A stretch of DNA of 64,000 nucleotides, taken from the IMG/VR virus record IMGVR_UViG_3300022666_000111, one strand, 5' to 3'. The translations under genes were made by a program, and so were the position numbers. Positions within the stretch are counted from its first letter, which is position 1. The number at the start of each line of letters is the position of its first letter. Shown here piece after piece: positions 1-9,495 of this stretch. The notes under the pieces were generated by a model. It did no database searches. It was not told the DNA's origin and saw only the letters and a list, made by a program, of their open reading frames with translations. The stretch is from a virus (lineage: Duplodnaviria > Caudoviricetes).

Positions 1-6
1 CAGGGC

Positions 7-717
7 TCATTCTCTCTCCGGTTCTCCTTGGAAGCCCGACGTGAGCTTCACATCAATGGTGGCAGGTAGCTGCCAATCGATAGGGGCAAGCCCCCAACGC
101 TTGAGGGCCTCGTTGGTCTTTGAGAATGGCTTGCTTCCGAAGAAGCCAGCGTGTGCCGATAGTGGTGACGGGTGAGGTGCCGTGATGACGTAGTGCTTCT
201 CATCGTCAATCAAGGCCCGCTTCGATTGAGCATGGCGGCCCCATAGGATGAAGACCATGGGTTTCTCCCGAGCCGCCAACATGCGGATCACAGCGGTGGT
301 AAATACCCCCCATCCCAGGTTGCTATGGCTGGCGGGAACACCCTCGCGAACCGTGAGGCTCGTATTGAGAAGCATCACGCCCTGTTCCGCCCAATGCCCA
401 AGGTAGCCGTGCTTGACAGGCTTGGCGCCCACATCTGCCTCAGCCTCCTTGTAGATGTTTGCCAAGGACGGGGGGATGGGCACCCCGGGGAGCACCGAGA
501 AGGCTAGCCCGTGGGCTTGTCCACGCCCATGGTAAGGGTCCTGGCCAAGGATGACGACCTTGATCGCGTCGTAAGGCGTGTTGAATGCCTCGAAAACACG
601 CGCACTTGGCGGAAGGATCACGTGGGATGCCGCGTCTGCCTTGATGGCTTCGGCCAACTTCGTGAAGTAGTCTTGCTCAAATTGAGGTTTGAGAAGGGTC
701 TTCCAACTAGGGTCCAT
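7..717 (-). CDS. ung: Uracil-DNA glycosylase, family 1
   Basis: Catalytic motifs GQDPYH and HPSPLS, plus GLAFSV, VMLLN and LWG; full-length 236 aa. Confidence 0.97.
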   Translation of the reverse strand: MDPSWKTLLKPQFEQDYFTKLAEAIKADAASHVILPPSARVFEAFNTPYDAIKVVILGQDPYHGRGQAHGLAFSVLPGVPIPPSLANIYKEAEADVGAKPVKHGYLGHWAEQGVMLLNTSLTVREGVPASHSNLGWGVFTTAVIRMLAAREKPMVFILWGRHAQSKRALIDDEKHYVITAPHPSPLSAHAGFFGSKPFSKTNEALKRWGLAPIDWQLPATIDVKLTSGFQGEPERE

Positions 718-725
718 GCCGATTG

Positions 726-744
726 CTACACCGTTCCGGTGTAG
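726..744. promoter_or_regulatory. Back-to-back CGGTGTAG elements (candidate divergent leaderless promoter)
   Basis: CTACACCG-ttc-CGGTGTAG; each copy is exactly 8 nt from an ATG (717 on -, 753 on +). Confidence 0.6.
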
Positions 745-752
745 AGTGTAGC

Positions 753-1175
753 ATGCTCAACCAAGATCTGATCAGTACTTTGACCTCTGCCGCCGTGGCT
801 TTTGGGGCTGCATACTGCGCTGTTCCTCACGTTGATGTCAATGTGAGCACCACAGGCACCGATCTTCAAGGCGTCGGGACCCGATGGAGCGCCAGGATGA
901 CCCTCACGGATCGTGTCAAGACCACCGACGAGGCGTCCAGCCCCGCATACTCCCGCGAGTGGTCCGTTGAGGATCAAGAGGATGCCAACATAGCCCTTCA
1001 ATCGTTGTGCGACGTTGTGATGCGTGACTTCGAGGGCTTGGCTGACAGCGTGAGCAAGCAAATGACAGCCATCGGGGAAGCCTGTGGGATTCTCTTCCCG
1101 ACCCTCCCGCAGGGGGTTGCGCCTGAAAAGGGCAAGGTTGTCGAAATGGCCGCTGACCTTACCCCGGCACGTTGA
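753..1175 (+). CDS. Hypothetical protein
   Basis: ORF divergent from ung; ATG 753 follows the CGGTGTAG element. Confidence 0.7.
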   Translation: MLNQDLISTLTSAAVAFGAAYCAVPHVDVNVSTTGTDLQGVGTRWSARMTLTDRVKTTDEASSPAYSREWSVEDQEDANIALQSLCDVVMRDFEGLADSVSKQMTAIGEACGILFPTLPQGVAPEKGKVVEMAADLTPAR

Positions 1176-1252
1176 GAATCTGGTCATAATCCATTTGTCA
1201 GATCCCCTATGGTACGAGGAACCAAGTTCCTCGCCTATACGGAGGACATCAG

Positions 1253-2404
1253 ATGGATATCAGATTCAAGCCAGGCGAGCCCGTCAGACTCATCGTTACC
1301 CGCACCTTCACGATGGGTGACAGCAACATCCAATTCCGTCACGGACAAGAGGTTGAATTTGATGGGGTCACGGTGACCACGGATGGGGAAAGCTTCACCA
1401 TGCCGCGTCTTCGTGGGCCAATCAAGCAGGGCTGGCTTGTTCCTGAAGAGGGCTTTGAGCAGGATAACCCTGTCGAAGCCATTTCTGCGAACATTCAAGT
1501 ACGACACCCCACCAAGGGAGGCAACCCCTTCGCTCCCCCCGAGAAGAAGGCAATTGTCACGGTTGAGAACGATGAGCGTCAGGTCGGCAACACCCGCACC
1601 GCCGCTGAAGCCACTGCCAACCGCAATCGGAACTACCATCGATCGGGCGGCAAGGTCAAAGACCAGCACGGTCGCGTCATGGAGGTCGAGGCCCAGGATG
1701 GGACACACTTCCGTGACCTCCAGACCCCTGCCAAGTCCCGCCCTGTGTTGGATGGTGACAACGCTGGTGCCCTGATCAGCGCGGCCAAGCCCCCCACCAT
1801 TCAGCCCGTCAAGGGGCGTACTGAGGACGAGGCTTTGGCCTTGATGACCGAGGAAGAGCGCGCGAAGTACCTCGCAGAGAAGGAATCCCGCCGCGCTGTC
1901 TATGATGCGGAGATTGCCGCATCCGCAGCCAAGTCTGGCCGCCCTGTTGTTGCAGCCGTCAAGAAGCAGGCTCCTGTGACTCGTGAGGGCATGACGATCA
2001 CGACGACCACAGGTGGTGGTACAGAGATCGCGGATCCTACCACGGGCGCCATGCAGACCGAGACCACGGTGACTGAGCGTGAGGGTATCAAGTTCACCAA
2101 CACCAACGGCCCCAAGCGCCCCGAGGTCCAGCCCGCACGTCCTGTCCAAGCGGCAGCCCCACAGCCCAAGGCGGCACCGCTTCCGGCGCTCCCTGTGGCA
2201 ACACGTAAGATCATCGCCAAGTCCCTGTGCGCAGACTTCCCGGAGTCTTATGACTTCGAGGCGCCCCTCAAGAAGAGGCTTGCCCGGCTTTCGCTTGACT
2301 TCGAAGATCGACCTGACGTCATTCAGGCCGCCTTTGCAGCCGAGACGGACGATGGGAAGCAAGCCCTCGTCGCAGAGTTCCCTGCTGTCTTCCAGGCGGG
2401 CTGA
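1253..2404 (+). CDS. Hypothetical phage protein (383 aa)
   Basis: GGAGG RBS; codon usage like the structural genes. Confidence 0.8.
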   Translation: MDIRFKPGEPVRLIVTRTFTMGDSNIQFRHGQEVEFDGVTVTTDGESFTMPRLRGPIKQGWLVPEEGFEQDNPVEAISANIQVRHPTKGGNPFAPPEKKAIVTVENDERQVGNTRTAAEATANRNRNYHRSGGKVKDQHGRVMEVEAQDGTHFRDLQTPAKSRPVLDGDNAGALISAAKPPTIQPVKGRTEDEALALMTEEERAKYLAEKESRRAVYDAEIAASAAKSGRPVVAAVKKQAPVTREGMTITTTTGGGTEIADPTTGAMQTETTVTEREGIKFTNTNGPKRPEVQPARPVQAAAPQPKAAPLPALPVATRKIIAKSLCADFPESYDFEAPLKKRLARLSLDFEDRPDVIQAAFAAETDDGKQALVAEFPAVFQAG

Positions 2405-2450
2405 CGGTGTTTCCTTTGTTCGCCCCGGTCTTGACGGGAGAACAAATACC

Positions 2451-4412
2451 GTGACCGACTCCGCTTCCAAAACAGCCGCACAAGGCGTCACCATCTACTT
2501 GATGGAGGAGCTAACCGACGCGCGCTTGCGTTGCGAACAGCTCAAGAGGTACATCCAAGACGCCGTGCAGCTCGTTGAGAAATCCCCGCAACGAGACCAC
2601 ATCTTCGAGGTAGCTGGGCATCTTCTGCACGGCATCCCCGAGGCTCTATTCAAGCTGGACAAGGCGTTGGGGGCTACCGCCCTTGCTGCCACCAAGCTGG
2701 ACTACGATGAAATCAAGCAAACGCTCAAGCCCGAAAAGGTGGAGGAGCTTGAGCGCGCCCTTGAGGATTCGAGAATTCGCTACGTAACCCGCCGTTCAGG
2801 AGATACCCCTATGCAACCCAATGAGACCGCAAAGGCTCTTCGGGATGTTGCCGCAGGGCTAGCGGAGTCAGGCCGGTTTCCGGTTAAGGACGTCGCTTCC
2901 ATCGTGGCAATGCTGCGTGAGCAGGAGGTCCCAAACCTCCGGCTTGCAAGCATCCCAACGCGCCTTGATCCCAACATGATCCTTGCCGTAGCAGACGCCA
3001 TCACGGACGGAACCCTCCGGAATCGTGAGCGCCTTGCCGTGGTCCTCGAAACGGCTCTTCAGCAGGCCCTTGGGGGTCAGCAGATGCAAGCGCTTCTGCA
3101 AAGCGCCGGAAGCCGTGAAGAGGTCATGGATGGGTTCAAGAAGGAGAACCCCGCCCTCACGGATGCGCAGCTCAAGGAGATCGCCGACCAATGGGAGGCG
3201 AACAAGGACGTGGTCAAGAACAAGACGGCTCGCAAGGGAGACGGGGATCCCATTTGGGACGTCCGGGGCGGCGTACAGATCGCCCTTGACGATGCCTACA
3301 AGTTCGAGAAGATCGACAAGAGCAACTGGCCCCCGCGTGTGCTCAAGCTGCTTCAGCAAGCCTTCAAGCTGTTGAACCAGGCTAATGACGCCTTCATTCA
3401 GGCCGCCAAGGAAATGGACGGGTCCCCCGCCAAGTTCGCCAATGAAGAGGTGCTTGCGGGCGCCGGGGAGGAATTCCAGAAGGTCAACCCGGCGATCACG
3501 GATGAGCAAGTCGCCATCATCAACGACATGCATGAGAAGCACAAGGACGTCGTCAAGAACAAGCATGCTGGCGATATTCTGAGTGACTTCAGCACGGCCC
3601 TCATTGACCTTTCAACCTCCATGAAGGCGGCCTCCGAGGATATCGAGACCAAGGCTGCTCATGTGTGGAAGATCTGGCGCCAGGTTGAAGGCCCCCAAGG
3701 CGGCGGAGTCAAGAACGAGATGAAGCGGCTCGCGCCCTCCGTGCTTGACATCGTGTCGGACCTCCGGAAGCAGGTCAAGGTCATCAGCGGGCTTCACACC
3801 ATGGCGTGGCGGCACGTGACGGCCGCCGAGAGCGACCATGAGAGCAAGTTCGAGAAGGGGAAGCCAGCCGATCCCACAGAAAACATGACGGATGAACAGA
3901 AGGCCGAATGGGAGCGCCAGAACAAGGAGCACCGTGAGGACTTCAAGGCTGCATCCTCAAATTTTCCTGAATGGCCCACGCCTACCGGCGTCTCTCCCGA
4001 GGAGTGGGCCAATGCCCTTCGTGTCTACGTCGAGGTGACTGACTTTCTGAAGCCTGCCTGGAATGCAGGAACGGAAAACCCCGACCGACGCGGCGTCCCC
4101 CAGATGGACGTCAACATCTTCGTCGACTGGCTTCACGATATGCATGAACAAGGTGCGCCAGCCGCTGAATACGTCGCGCAAACCATCCGGATTGAGACAC
4201 TCCTCAAGAGCCTCATTGAGAGGCTCGACAAGGTGTACTTGAAGCACCGTGATGACATTCTCATGTACATCGACACCCACGGGTCGGCCGGAACGGACTC
4301 CTTTCGAGATCTCCTCTTCGGTCAAGACACGTATGGCGATGTCCTTCGACGGATGCGTCACGAACGGCTCATCACGCTTGACCCTGCGATTCAAGCCTAC
4401 GTGAGGGTGTGA
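2451..4412 (+). CDS. Putative head-internal polyprotein with repeated K-x-A-terminated modules
   Basis: GTG 2451 after GGGAG; three related helical modules ending KNKTA / KNKHA / DFKAA; second in-frame AGGAG-ATG at 2811. Confidence 0.7.
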   Translation: MTDSASKTAAQGVTIYLMEELTDARLRCEQLKRYIQDAVQLVEKSPQRDHIFEVAGHLLHGIPEALFKLDKALGATALAATKLDYDEIKQTLKPEKVEELERALEDSRIRYVTRRSGDTPMQPNETAKALRDVAAGLAESGRFPVKDVASIVAMLREQEVPNLRLASIPTRLDPNMILAVADAITDGTLRNRERLAVVLETALQQALGGQQMQALLQSAGSREEVMDGFKKENPALTDAQLKEIADQWEANKDVVKNKTARKGDGDPIWDVRGGVQIALDDAYKFEKIDKSNWPPRVLKLLQQAFKLLNQANDAFIQAAKEMDGSPAKFANEEVLAGAGEEFQKVNPAITDEQVAIINDMHEKHKDVVKNKHAGDILSDFSTALIDLSTSMKAASEDIETKAAHVWKIWRQVEGPQGGGVKNEMKRLAPSVLDIVSDLRKQVKVISGLHTMAWRHVTAAESDHESKFEKGKPADPTENMTDEQKAEWERQNKEHREDFKAASSNFPEWPTPTGVSPEEWANALRVYVEVTDFLKPAWNAGTENPDRRGVPQMDVNIFVDWLHDMHEQGAPAAEYVAQTIRIETLLKSLIERLDKVYLKHRDDILMYIDTHGSAGTDSFRDLLFGQDTYGDVLRRMRHERLITLDPAIQAYVRV

Positions 4413-5353
4413 TGACGAATCCGCTCGTATCCCGACCTCCTTATGGCACAGGACGCCCTGCAATGCCCGTGGGGGAGTCAAAGCTCCCCCAGGGTGGGCC
4501 TACCGACAAGGGTTTGCCCGTAGACCCAGGGATCCCCGGGGGCGCGACGTTTGCCAAACCTGTTGACGACAAACGGGAGGACCGAAAGGACGACGAGCCC
4601 ATCAAGCGGGTTGACGGTCCTGACGATCTCACCAAGGATCGTGACCGTGTGGACACCAGAGAAGATAATGCCGACCATCACGATGGGATCGGTTTTGGAG
4701 CCCCTGGTCCACAAGATACCTCCAAAACCAAGTACCCCTACCGTGACGGCATCCCCAATACACATAATGCTGTGTCCAAGTTAGGGTCTCTCATGATCAG
4801 TACACGCGTGGCTCTTCGGTTCCAAGCGGTTAAGGACCCCTCTATCGCGGGTAAGGTCAGGGAGATCCTTGAAGCCTTGAAGAGTCTTCAAGGTAAGCTG
4901 GACAAGGCTTGTGATGGGCTGAATGAAGACCTCCGTCAGATTGAAAGGTGGACCAAGGAGACCTCATCCTTTGCAGTACGGTCATCGCTAACGCCCCTAC
5001 GGAATGCCATCCAAGAGACCTTGGAGATGGCCTACCCCTTTGTAGGTAAGCTCAAGGGCGTGCAGAATATGGGGGTAATGGAATTCAAGACGGCGGCCCT
5101 GCGATTCGATGACGTCGCCAAGGATGAGCTGAAGCGGATCGGTGTTACGAAGGACGCCTTGTCCAGATTCGTGAAGCGTGCTGATGTCATCGCAGACATT
5201 TACCGTGAGGTTGAGAGCCTGGCACGCACAGAAAACCTTGGGGGAGGTAAGTTTGTTCGTGGGCTAAAGGCTCTCGCGAAGGCCATGAGTGTGGGCTACA
5301 CTCCCGGGGGGCACATCAAGCAAGCGGTTGTAACCCTTGAAAGGGCTCTCTGA
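4412..5353 (+). CDS. Hypothetical protein (Pro/Asp-rich N half, helical C half)
   Basis: TGATG coupling to the upstream gene; internal MISTRVALRFQA leader-like segment. Confidence 0.7.
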   Translation: MTNPLVSRPPYGTGRPAMPVGESKLPQGGPTDKGLPVDPGIPGGATFAKPVDDKREDRKDDEPIKRVDGPDDLTKDRDRVDTREDNADHHDGIGFGAPGPQDTSKTKYPYRDGIPNTHNAVSKLGSLMISTRVALRFQAVKDPSIAGKVREILEALKSLQGKLDKACDGLNEDLRQIERWTKETSSFAVRSSLTPLRNAIQETLEMAYPFVGKLKGVQNMGVMEFKTAALRFDDVAKDELKRIGVTKDALSRFVKRADVIADIYREVESLARTENLGGGKFVRGLKALAKAMSVGYTPGGHIKQAVVTLERAL

Positions 5354-5913
5354 TGGCAGACCCACGTATCGTTTTGGGGCTCTGGGTCACGCAACACGAG
5401 CCGTCGGTTGTTATCAGCCTGGACGCAAGGGTAGCTGCGACCCTTGACCAGATCGTTTCTGGCTTGTCCAAGACGATCGCGGATCGTGCTTCGACCTGCA
5501 AGGTCTTGCTCAAGAGGGCAGACATCAAGAACCTCCGCTGGATCTTTTCGGTGGACGCTGGTAATGGCCCCAAGGTGGTCCGAATGAAGGCGACGAAGAA
5601 GGGCAATGTGGTAGCCCTAACGAAGATGGACGTTGCCTTCTCGTGTTCTTGCCCAGCTTGGCAATGGCGTGGGCCGGAGCACAATGCGCAATCAGGCGGT
5701 TACTTGGACGGTAAGCCCGCAGGAACGGCTTCACCGCCCAACGTTCGTGACCCACACCGGACCCACAAGGTCTGCAAGCACGTAGCCGCCGTAGTGAGTT
5801 TGGTACGAGGGTGGAGCTTGTCTTCGAAGAAGGCGGGCGCTTATCCTTTCGTTCCAGGTGCATGTTGGGAGGTCTCGAGCGAGCCGGAGCCCCCTGATCA
5901 ATCAAGCTCGTAA
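5353..5913 (+). CDS. SWIM-type zinc finger protein
   Basis: CSCPAW...CKH (CxC...CxH); TGATG coupling. Confidence 0.75.
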   Translation: MADPRIVLGLWVTQHEPSVVISLDARVAATLDQIVSGLSKTIADRASTCKVLLKRADIKNLRWIFSVDAGNGPKVVRMKATKKGNVVALTKMDVAFSCSCPAWQWRGPEHNAQSGGYLDGKPAGTASPPNVRDPHRTHKVCKHVAAVVSLVRGWSLSSKKAGAYPFVPGACWEVSSEPEPPDQSSS

Positions 5914-5925
5914 GATGAGGATCGA

Positions 5926-6336
5926 ATGCCAACCTATTCCCTAGCGTGTCTCGAGTGCGGCAGGATTGAAGATCGCCGAATGTCCTTCACCGACTATGAT
6001 GCCCTCAAAGAGGGGACGTTGCACATTGCTTGTCCGTCTTGCACAGAGGCCATGTCCATCAACTTCCAGCCCGGAAAGGTCATGTTCGTTCTCAAGGACA
6101 GCGCCACGGGCGGGTGGGTGTCCAAGGCTGGCAAGGAGAACAAGTACAGGATGAAGCGTCGTGAGGAGATGGCCCGCCGAGAGAAGGACCATGTCTTCAA
6201 GTCCTCCTTGCAGCCCAACTACGGTGGCGAGGAGACGGGAACGTGGCGTGAGGCTCAAGAGGCCGCGCGGAAAGAGGGTGGTGACTCCGCTGCTGCTACG
6301 TACGCACCTCTTGTTGCCAAGGAGCAAGCCACATGA
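5926..6336 (+). CDS. FmdB-like zinc-ribbon protein
   Basis: MPTY..C..C ... CPSC N-terminal ribbon. Confidence 0.75.
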   Translation: MPTYSLACLECGRIEDRRMSFTDYDALKEGTLHIACPSCTEAMSINFQPGKVMFVLKDSATGGWVSKAGKENKYRMKRREEMARREKDHVFKSSLQPNYGGEETGTWREAQEAARKEGGDSAAATYAPLVAKEQAT

Positions 6337-6959
6337 TCCGGGAGTTTTCTGTCGTCCGGCGCCGCCCGAACCTTGTCGACGTGGTCACACCACGTCGCCC
6401 TGGGGTTGATGGTTATCGCCTTGAATGGGCTACCAATTTCGACGCGACTTACACCACGCTCTTCACAGCCTCCTTGAGTGGTCATGTCGATGACAGCCTT
6501 CGGGATGCTGGGCACACCATGATGGCTGGGGACAACGTTCGAATGATCTTCGACCCAGCCAATTATGCCATGGTAGACTCCAAGGCTTTCTGGCTTCGAT
6601 TTGTCCCCGTCACGGGGGGTGCCCCCGGAACGGCAACACCAGGCGTTCTGATTCTACCCGACCAGGGGGGCTTTGGAACCGTGATCATCGCAGGCAACGC
6701 CCCCAATGTGGCGGCCGTTGCCAATTCGACGATCATACATTTCCCGCGCCTTGTCGAAGACTTGCGCATCGTTAACAACTCGGACACCAACGCGCTCATG
6801 GTTGCTGCCTTGGATTCGGATGCGGAGTACACGGTCAAGGGTGGAGCGACCCAACAAATCCTTGCCAACCTGCGCGGAGCAACATCTGGGATTCGGGTAC
6901 GTGGCTCGGGCGCGATCGTAGCCTTCCAAGCAACCTTCACCCTAGCCTACGCCAGGTAG
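6333..6959 (+). CDS. Putative virion structural protein (beta-rich, FN3-like N domain)
   Basis: ATGA coupling; beta-strand-rich composition. Confidence 0.65.
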   Translation: MIREFSVVRRRPNLVDVVTPRRPGVDGYRLEWATNFDATYTTLFTASLSGHVDDSLRDAGHTMMAGDNVRMIFDPANYAMVDSKAFWLRFVPVTGGAPGTATPGVLILPDQGGFGTVIIAGNAPNVAAVANSTIIHFPRLVEDLRIVNNSDTNALMVAALDSDAEYTVKGGATQQILANLRGATSGIRVRGSGAIVAFQATFTLAYAR

Positions 6960-7000
6960 CCCCAACGTGCATCCCTGGGCTCACGGTTATTTTTCAAGAA

Positions 7001-7040
7001 CGGGGCGGGCAACCGCCTCTGGACGCCCCGCTTTCCTTTT
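7001..7040 (+). terminator. Possible intrinsic terminator / structured leader
   Basis: CGGGGCG...CGCCCCG stem followed by CTTTCCTTTT; internal GGCGG-GCAA-CCGCC alternative hairpin. Confidence 0.4.
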
Positions 7041-7090
7041 ATAGCGGGCACTGGTCGAAGGGATTTCCCTGCAACTCATTAGGAGCGCTC

Positions 7091-7690
7091 ATGCTGCGAC
7101 TCATCCACAAGCAAACAACCCTCGGTCCTCTTCTCGTCGATGACATTGACGACGGGCTCCCGAACAAGACGGTACACAGGATGGGCACGACAGCCGATCC
7201 GAAGGCGTACCCTCGGGATGGTTACGCAAACAAGCCCAAGCAATCCTGCTACATCCCCTATGCCCATCCTGCGGATACGACCATCGCGGGCTTCATCGAC
7301 GTCTACGAGACAGATCGTGTGACGCATTCGGCAGGCAAGGGGAAGATCTACGGGTTGCGTCGGGCGGGCCTCATCGACGTCACGGTCTTTGCCGAGGCGG
7401 ACGTTGCGACCCCAGTCATCACCAATGCACAGCTTGGCGTTCCAGGCGCAGGTGACTTGACCATCACCGGCACCGGGCTGCTGTCGCTTGCTCCCGTTAC
7501 CACGAAGGTGGAACTCACGGGGACCGGCGCGGTGACTTTGACCCAGGCGGAGATCTTGGCAGGTACCGGAACGATCTCCGATACCAGCATCTTCATCCCC
7601 GCTGCTCTGGTCCCTGGAATCGCTGCACCGGGAACGGCCGCGCTTGTTGTTTCGGACGAGAAGCGGTCCAACTCTTTCAGCGTTGTGTGA
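7091..7690 (+). CDS. Putative virion decoration protein with C-terminal IPT/Ig-like domain
   Basis: AGGAG RBS; P.IT....G.LTITGTG...SN motif; paralogue of 8061-9152. Confidence 0.7.
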   Translation: MLRLIHKQTTLGPLLVDDIDDGLPNKTVHRMGTTADPKAYPRDGYANKPKQSCYIPYAHPADTTIAGFIDVYETDRVTHSAGKGKIYGLRRAGLIDVTVFAEADVATPVITNAQLGVPGAGDLTITGTGLLSLAPVTTKVELTGTGAVTLTQAEILAGTGTISDTSIFIPAALVPGIAAPGTAALVVSDEKRSNSFSVV

Positions 7691-7693
7691 TGA

Positions 7694-8068
7694 ATGACTA
7701 CGAGGCTTCTACCATGGATTCTGGAGCAAGAAGCGGGTGCCTTCCAACGGCTCGATCGCCGTTGGCGGCCAACAGGGCTTTTACAAGAGCCCTACCGTCG
7801 ATCCTTGCTCAAGGATATCCAGGAGAAGTACTCCTATCTCGCGGCAGCCCTGGACGAGTTCGCATCGATGGATCGTGGGGACGTGTACGTGAAGCTGATT
7901 CACCGTATGCGTCTCTACGAGCAGCAGGCAAAACGGGCTTGGCGTTACGACGACCTGGCTTTCTTGCAGGCCGTCACGGGTTTTCTTTCGGACTACGGGA
8001 CAATCATGCGGCTCCTCGCCACAGACAAGGCCAGGGGGCGGCTGGACCCACAAGTAAAGGATGGTTGA
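7694..8068 (+). CDS. Hypothetical protein
   Basis: 124-aa helical ORF filling the gap between two paralogues. Confidence 0.6.
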   Translation: MTTRLLPWILEQEAGAFQRLDRRWRPTGLLQEPYRRSLLKDIQEKYSYLAAALDEFASMDRGDVYVKLIHRMRLYEQQAKRAWRYDDLAFLQAVTGFLSDYGTIMRLLATDKARGRLDPQVKDG

Positions 8069-9152
8069 TACTATGCGCGTAGCAGTCACTCGCGGAGACC
8101 TCCCTGGCCCGCTGTTCCTCGCGGACCTTGAAGTCATTTCTCAATACGATCCGGCAATCGAACCGGTCGGGCAGACGTTCTACATCAGCCGACCCATTCT
8201 CAGCGAGATGGCGACGGCTATGGCGGGTGCCCAGGCAGGATTGCTCGGCACGGTCAACATGACGTCCATCGGCTTGCCGATCACCATTGGTGCTGGCAAC
8301 CGAGCCCTCAAGGTGAGAACCTCTGTGGCACCCACAGCGTTCACGACCTGCAATATCGCCATGGCAGCCTACGCTACGGTTGCGGCCCTCATGGTTGCGG
8401 TCAATGCAGCCCTTGTTGCGGGCGGTGTGGCAGCCAGCGTCAGCCTTGACCGTACGGGGACCTTCATGGTTCTCAAGTCAACGGCGACCGGCCCTGGTGC
8501 CTACATCGAGGTTGACTCGGTGGCGGGTGGCTCGACCTTCAATTCGGTCCCTGGGATCGCGATTGCAGGCGGGGCATTCACCATGCCCACGGCGGCAGCG
8601 GTCATCACGGCCCTCAACCCCGTAGGCGGCCCCTTGGATGTGTCGAACGCGACCCTCTTGGCAACCCTTGGTGGCGGCTTGACTGACGCCCAGGCTCTTG
8701 CGGTAGCGGACGCTGTCTCCCTCAAGCTCGTCGAGACCCAGGTGGTTGTTCGAAGCTTCCAGGTAGGCAACCTCGCTGGCTACCGTTCGGCCAACTACAC
8801 CCCCGATGCCAACCGCCTCCCTGATGGAGCAGCTATCACGGTCGTCCAAGACGACGGGGTGTCGCTCTACACCGCACCGGTTCCGAACATCACGTCGGCC
8901 GTTATCGGCGGCGGTAACTTGACCATCACAGGGACGGGACTCGGTTCCAACGAGACCTTCATGTCCTCGATCAAGACCACCGGCGCTTGCGCCAAGACCC
9001 TTGACCAGCGTGCCATCAAGCATGCAGGCGGAACGATCTCCGCAACGAGCATCGTTGTCCCCCTCACCGCGCTCCCGGGCCTCGCTGCGGCGACCTGCTG
9101 GGTGCAAGTCAAGATGGACACCTTGCTCTCGAACGTGCGAGTGGTCGCCTGA
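8061..9152 (+). CDS. Putative virion decoration protein (flagellin-insert-like domain plus IPT/Ig-like domain)
   Basis: Ala/Gly/Thr-rich; C-terminal domain similar to 7091 protein; alternative start 8073. Confidence 0.7.
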   Translation: MVDTMRVAVTRGDLPGPLFLADLEVISQYDPAIEPVGQTFYISRPILSEMATAMAGAQAGLLGTVNMTSIGLPITIGAGNRALKVRTSVAPTAFTTCNIAMAAYATVAALMVAVNAALVAGGVAASVSLDRTGTFMVLKSTATGPGAYIEVDSVAGGSTFNSVPGIAIAGGAFTMPTAAAVITALNPVGGPLDVSNATLLATLGGGLTDAQALAVADAVSLKLVETQVVVRSFQVGNLAGYRSANYTPDANRLPDGAAITVVQDDGVSLYTAPVPNITSAVIGGGNLTITGTGLGSNETFMSSIKTTGACAKTLDQRAIKHAGGTISATSIVVPLTALPGLAAATCWVQVKMDTLLSNVRVVA

Positions 9153-9227
9153 TTGTTAGCAGGCAGATGTATATCTAGATTCAGAATTCGATGCGTTACG
9201 GCGCTCTGCGCCGAGATTGGATGAAAG

Positions 9228-9482
9228 ATGTCGGCCAAACCCGATCACGGAAAAGAAGTTCGAACCTGTGACCTTTACTTCGCGGCGTACCTTCAAGTAG
9301 CCGGAGCCCCCCTTGTGCGCCATGAGCGTGAGCAAGGGGGGAAGGTCTTCTTCATCTTCGATGGGTCGGTCGCGAACATCGAAGAGCTGAAAACCGCGTG
9401 GTTCAACCACACGGGTAAGGTCCCAGCACTTCCTTTCTCGAATGCCATCAAGAGCCTGAAGTCTGTTTGCCACATGACATAG
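9228..9482 (+). CDS. Small DUF5659-like protein
   Basis: T.DLYFAAYL...G ... VFF.F pattern recalled for this phage family. Confidence 0.55.
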   Translation: MSAKPDHGKEVRTCDLYFAAYLQVAGAPLVRHEREQGGKVFFIFDGSVANIEELKTAWFNHTGKVPALPFSNAIKSLKSVCHMT

Positions 9483-9495
9483 GTGGAGGTTCATC

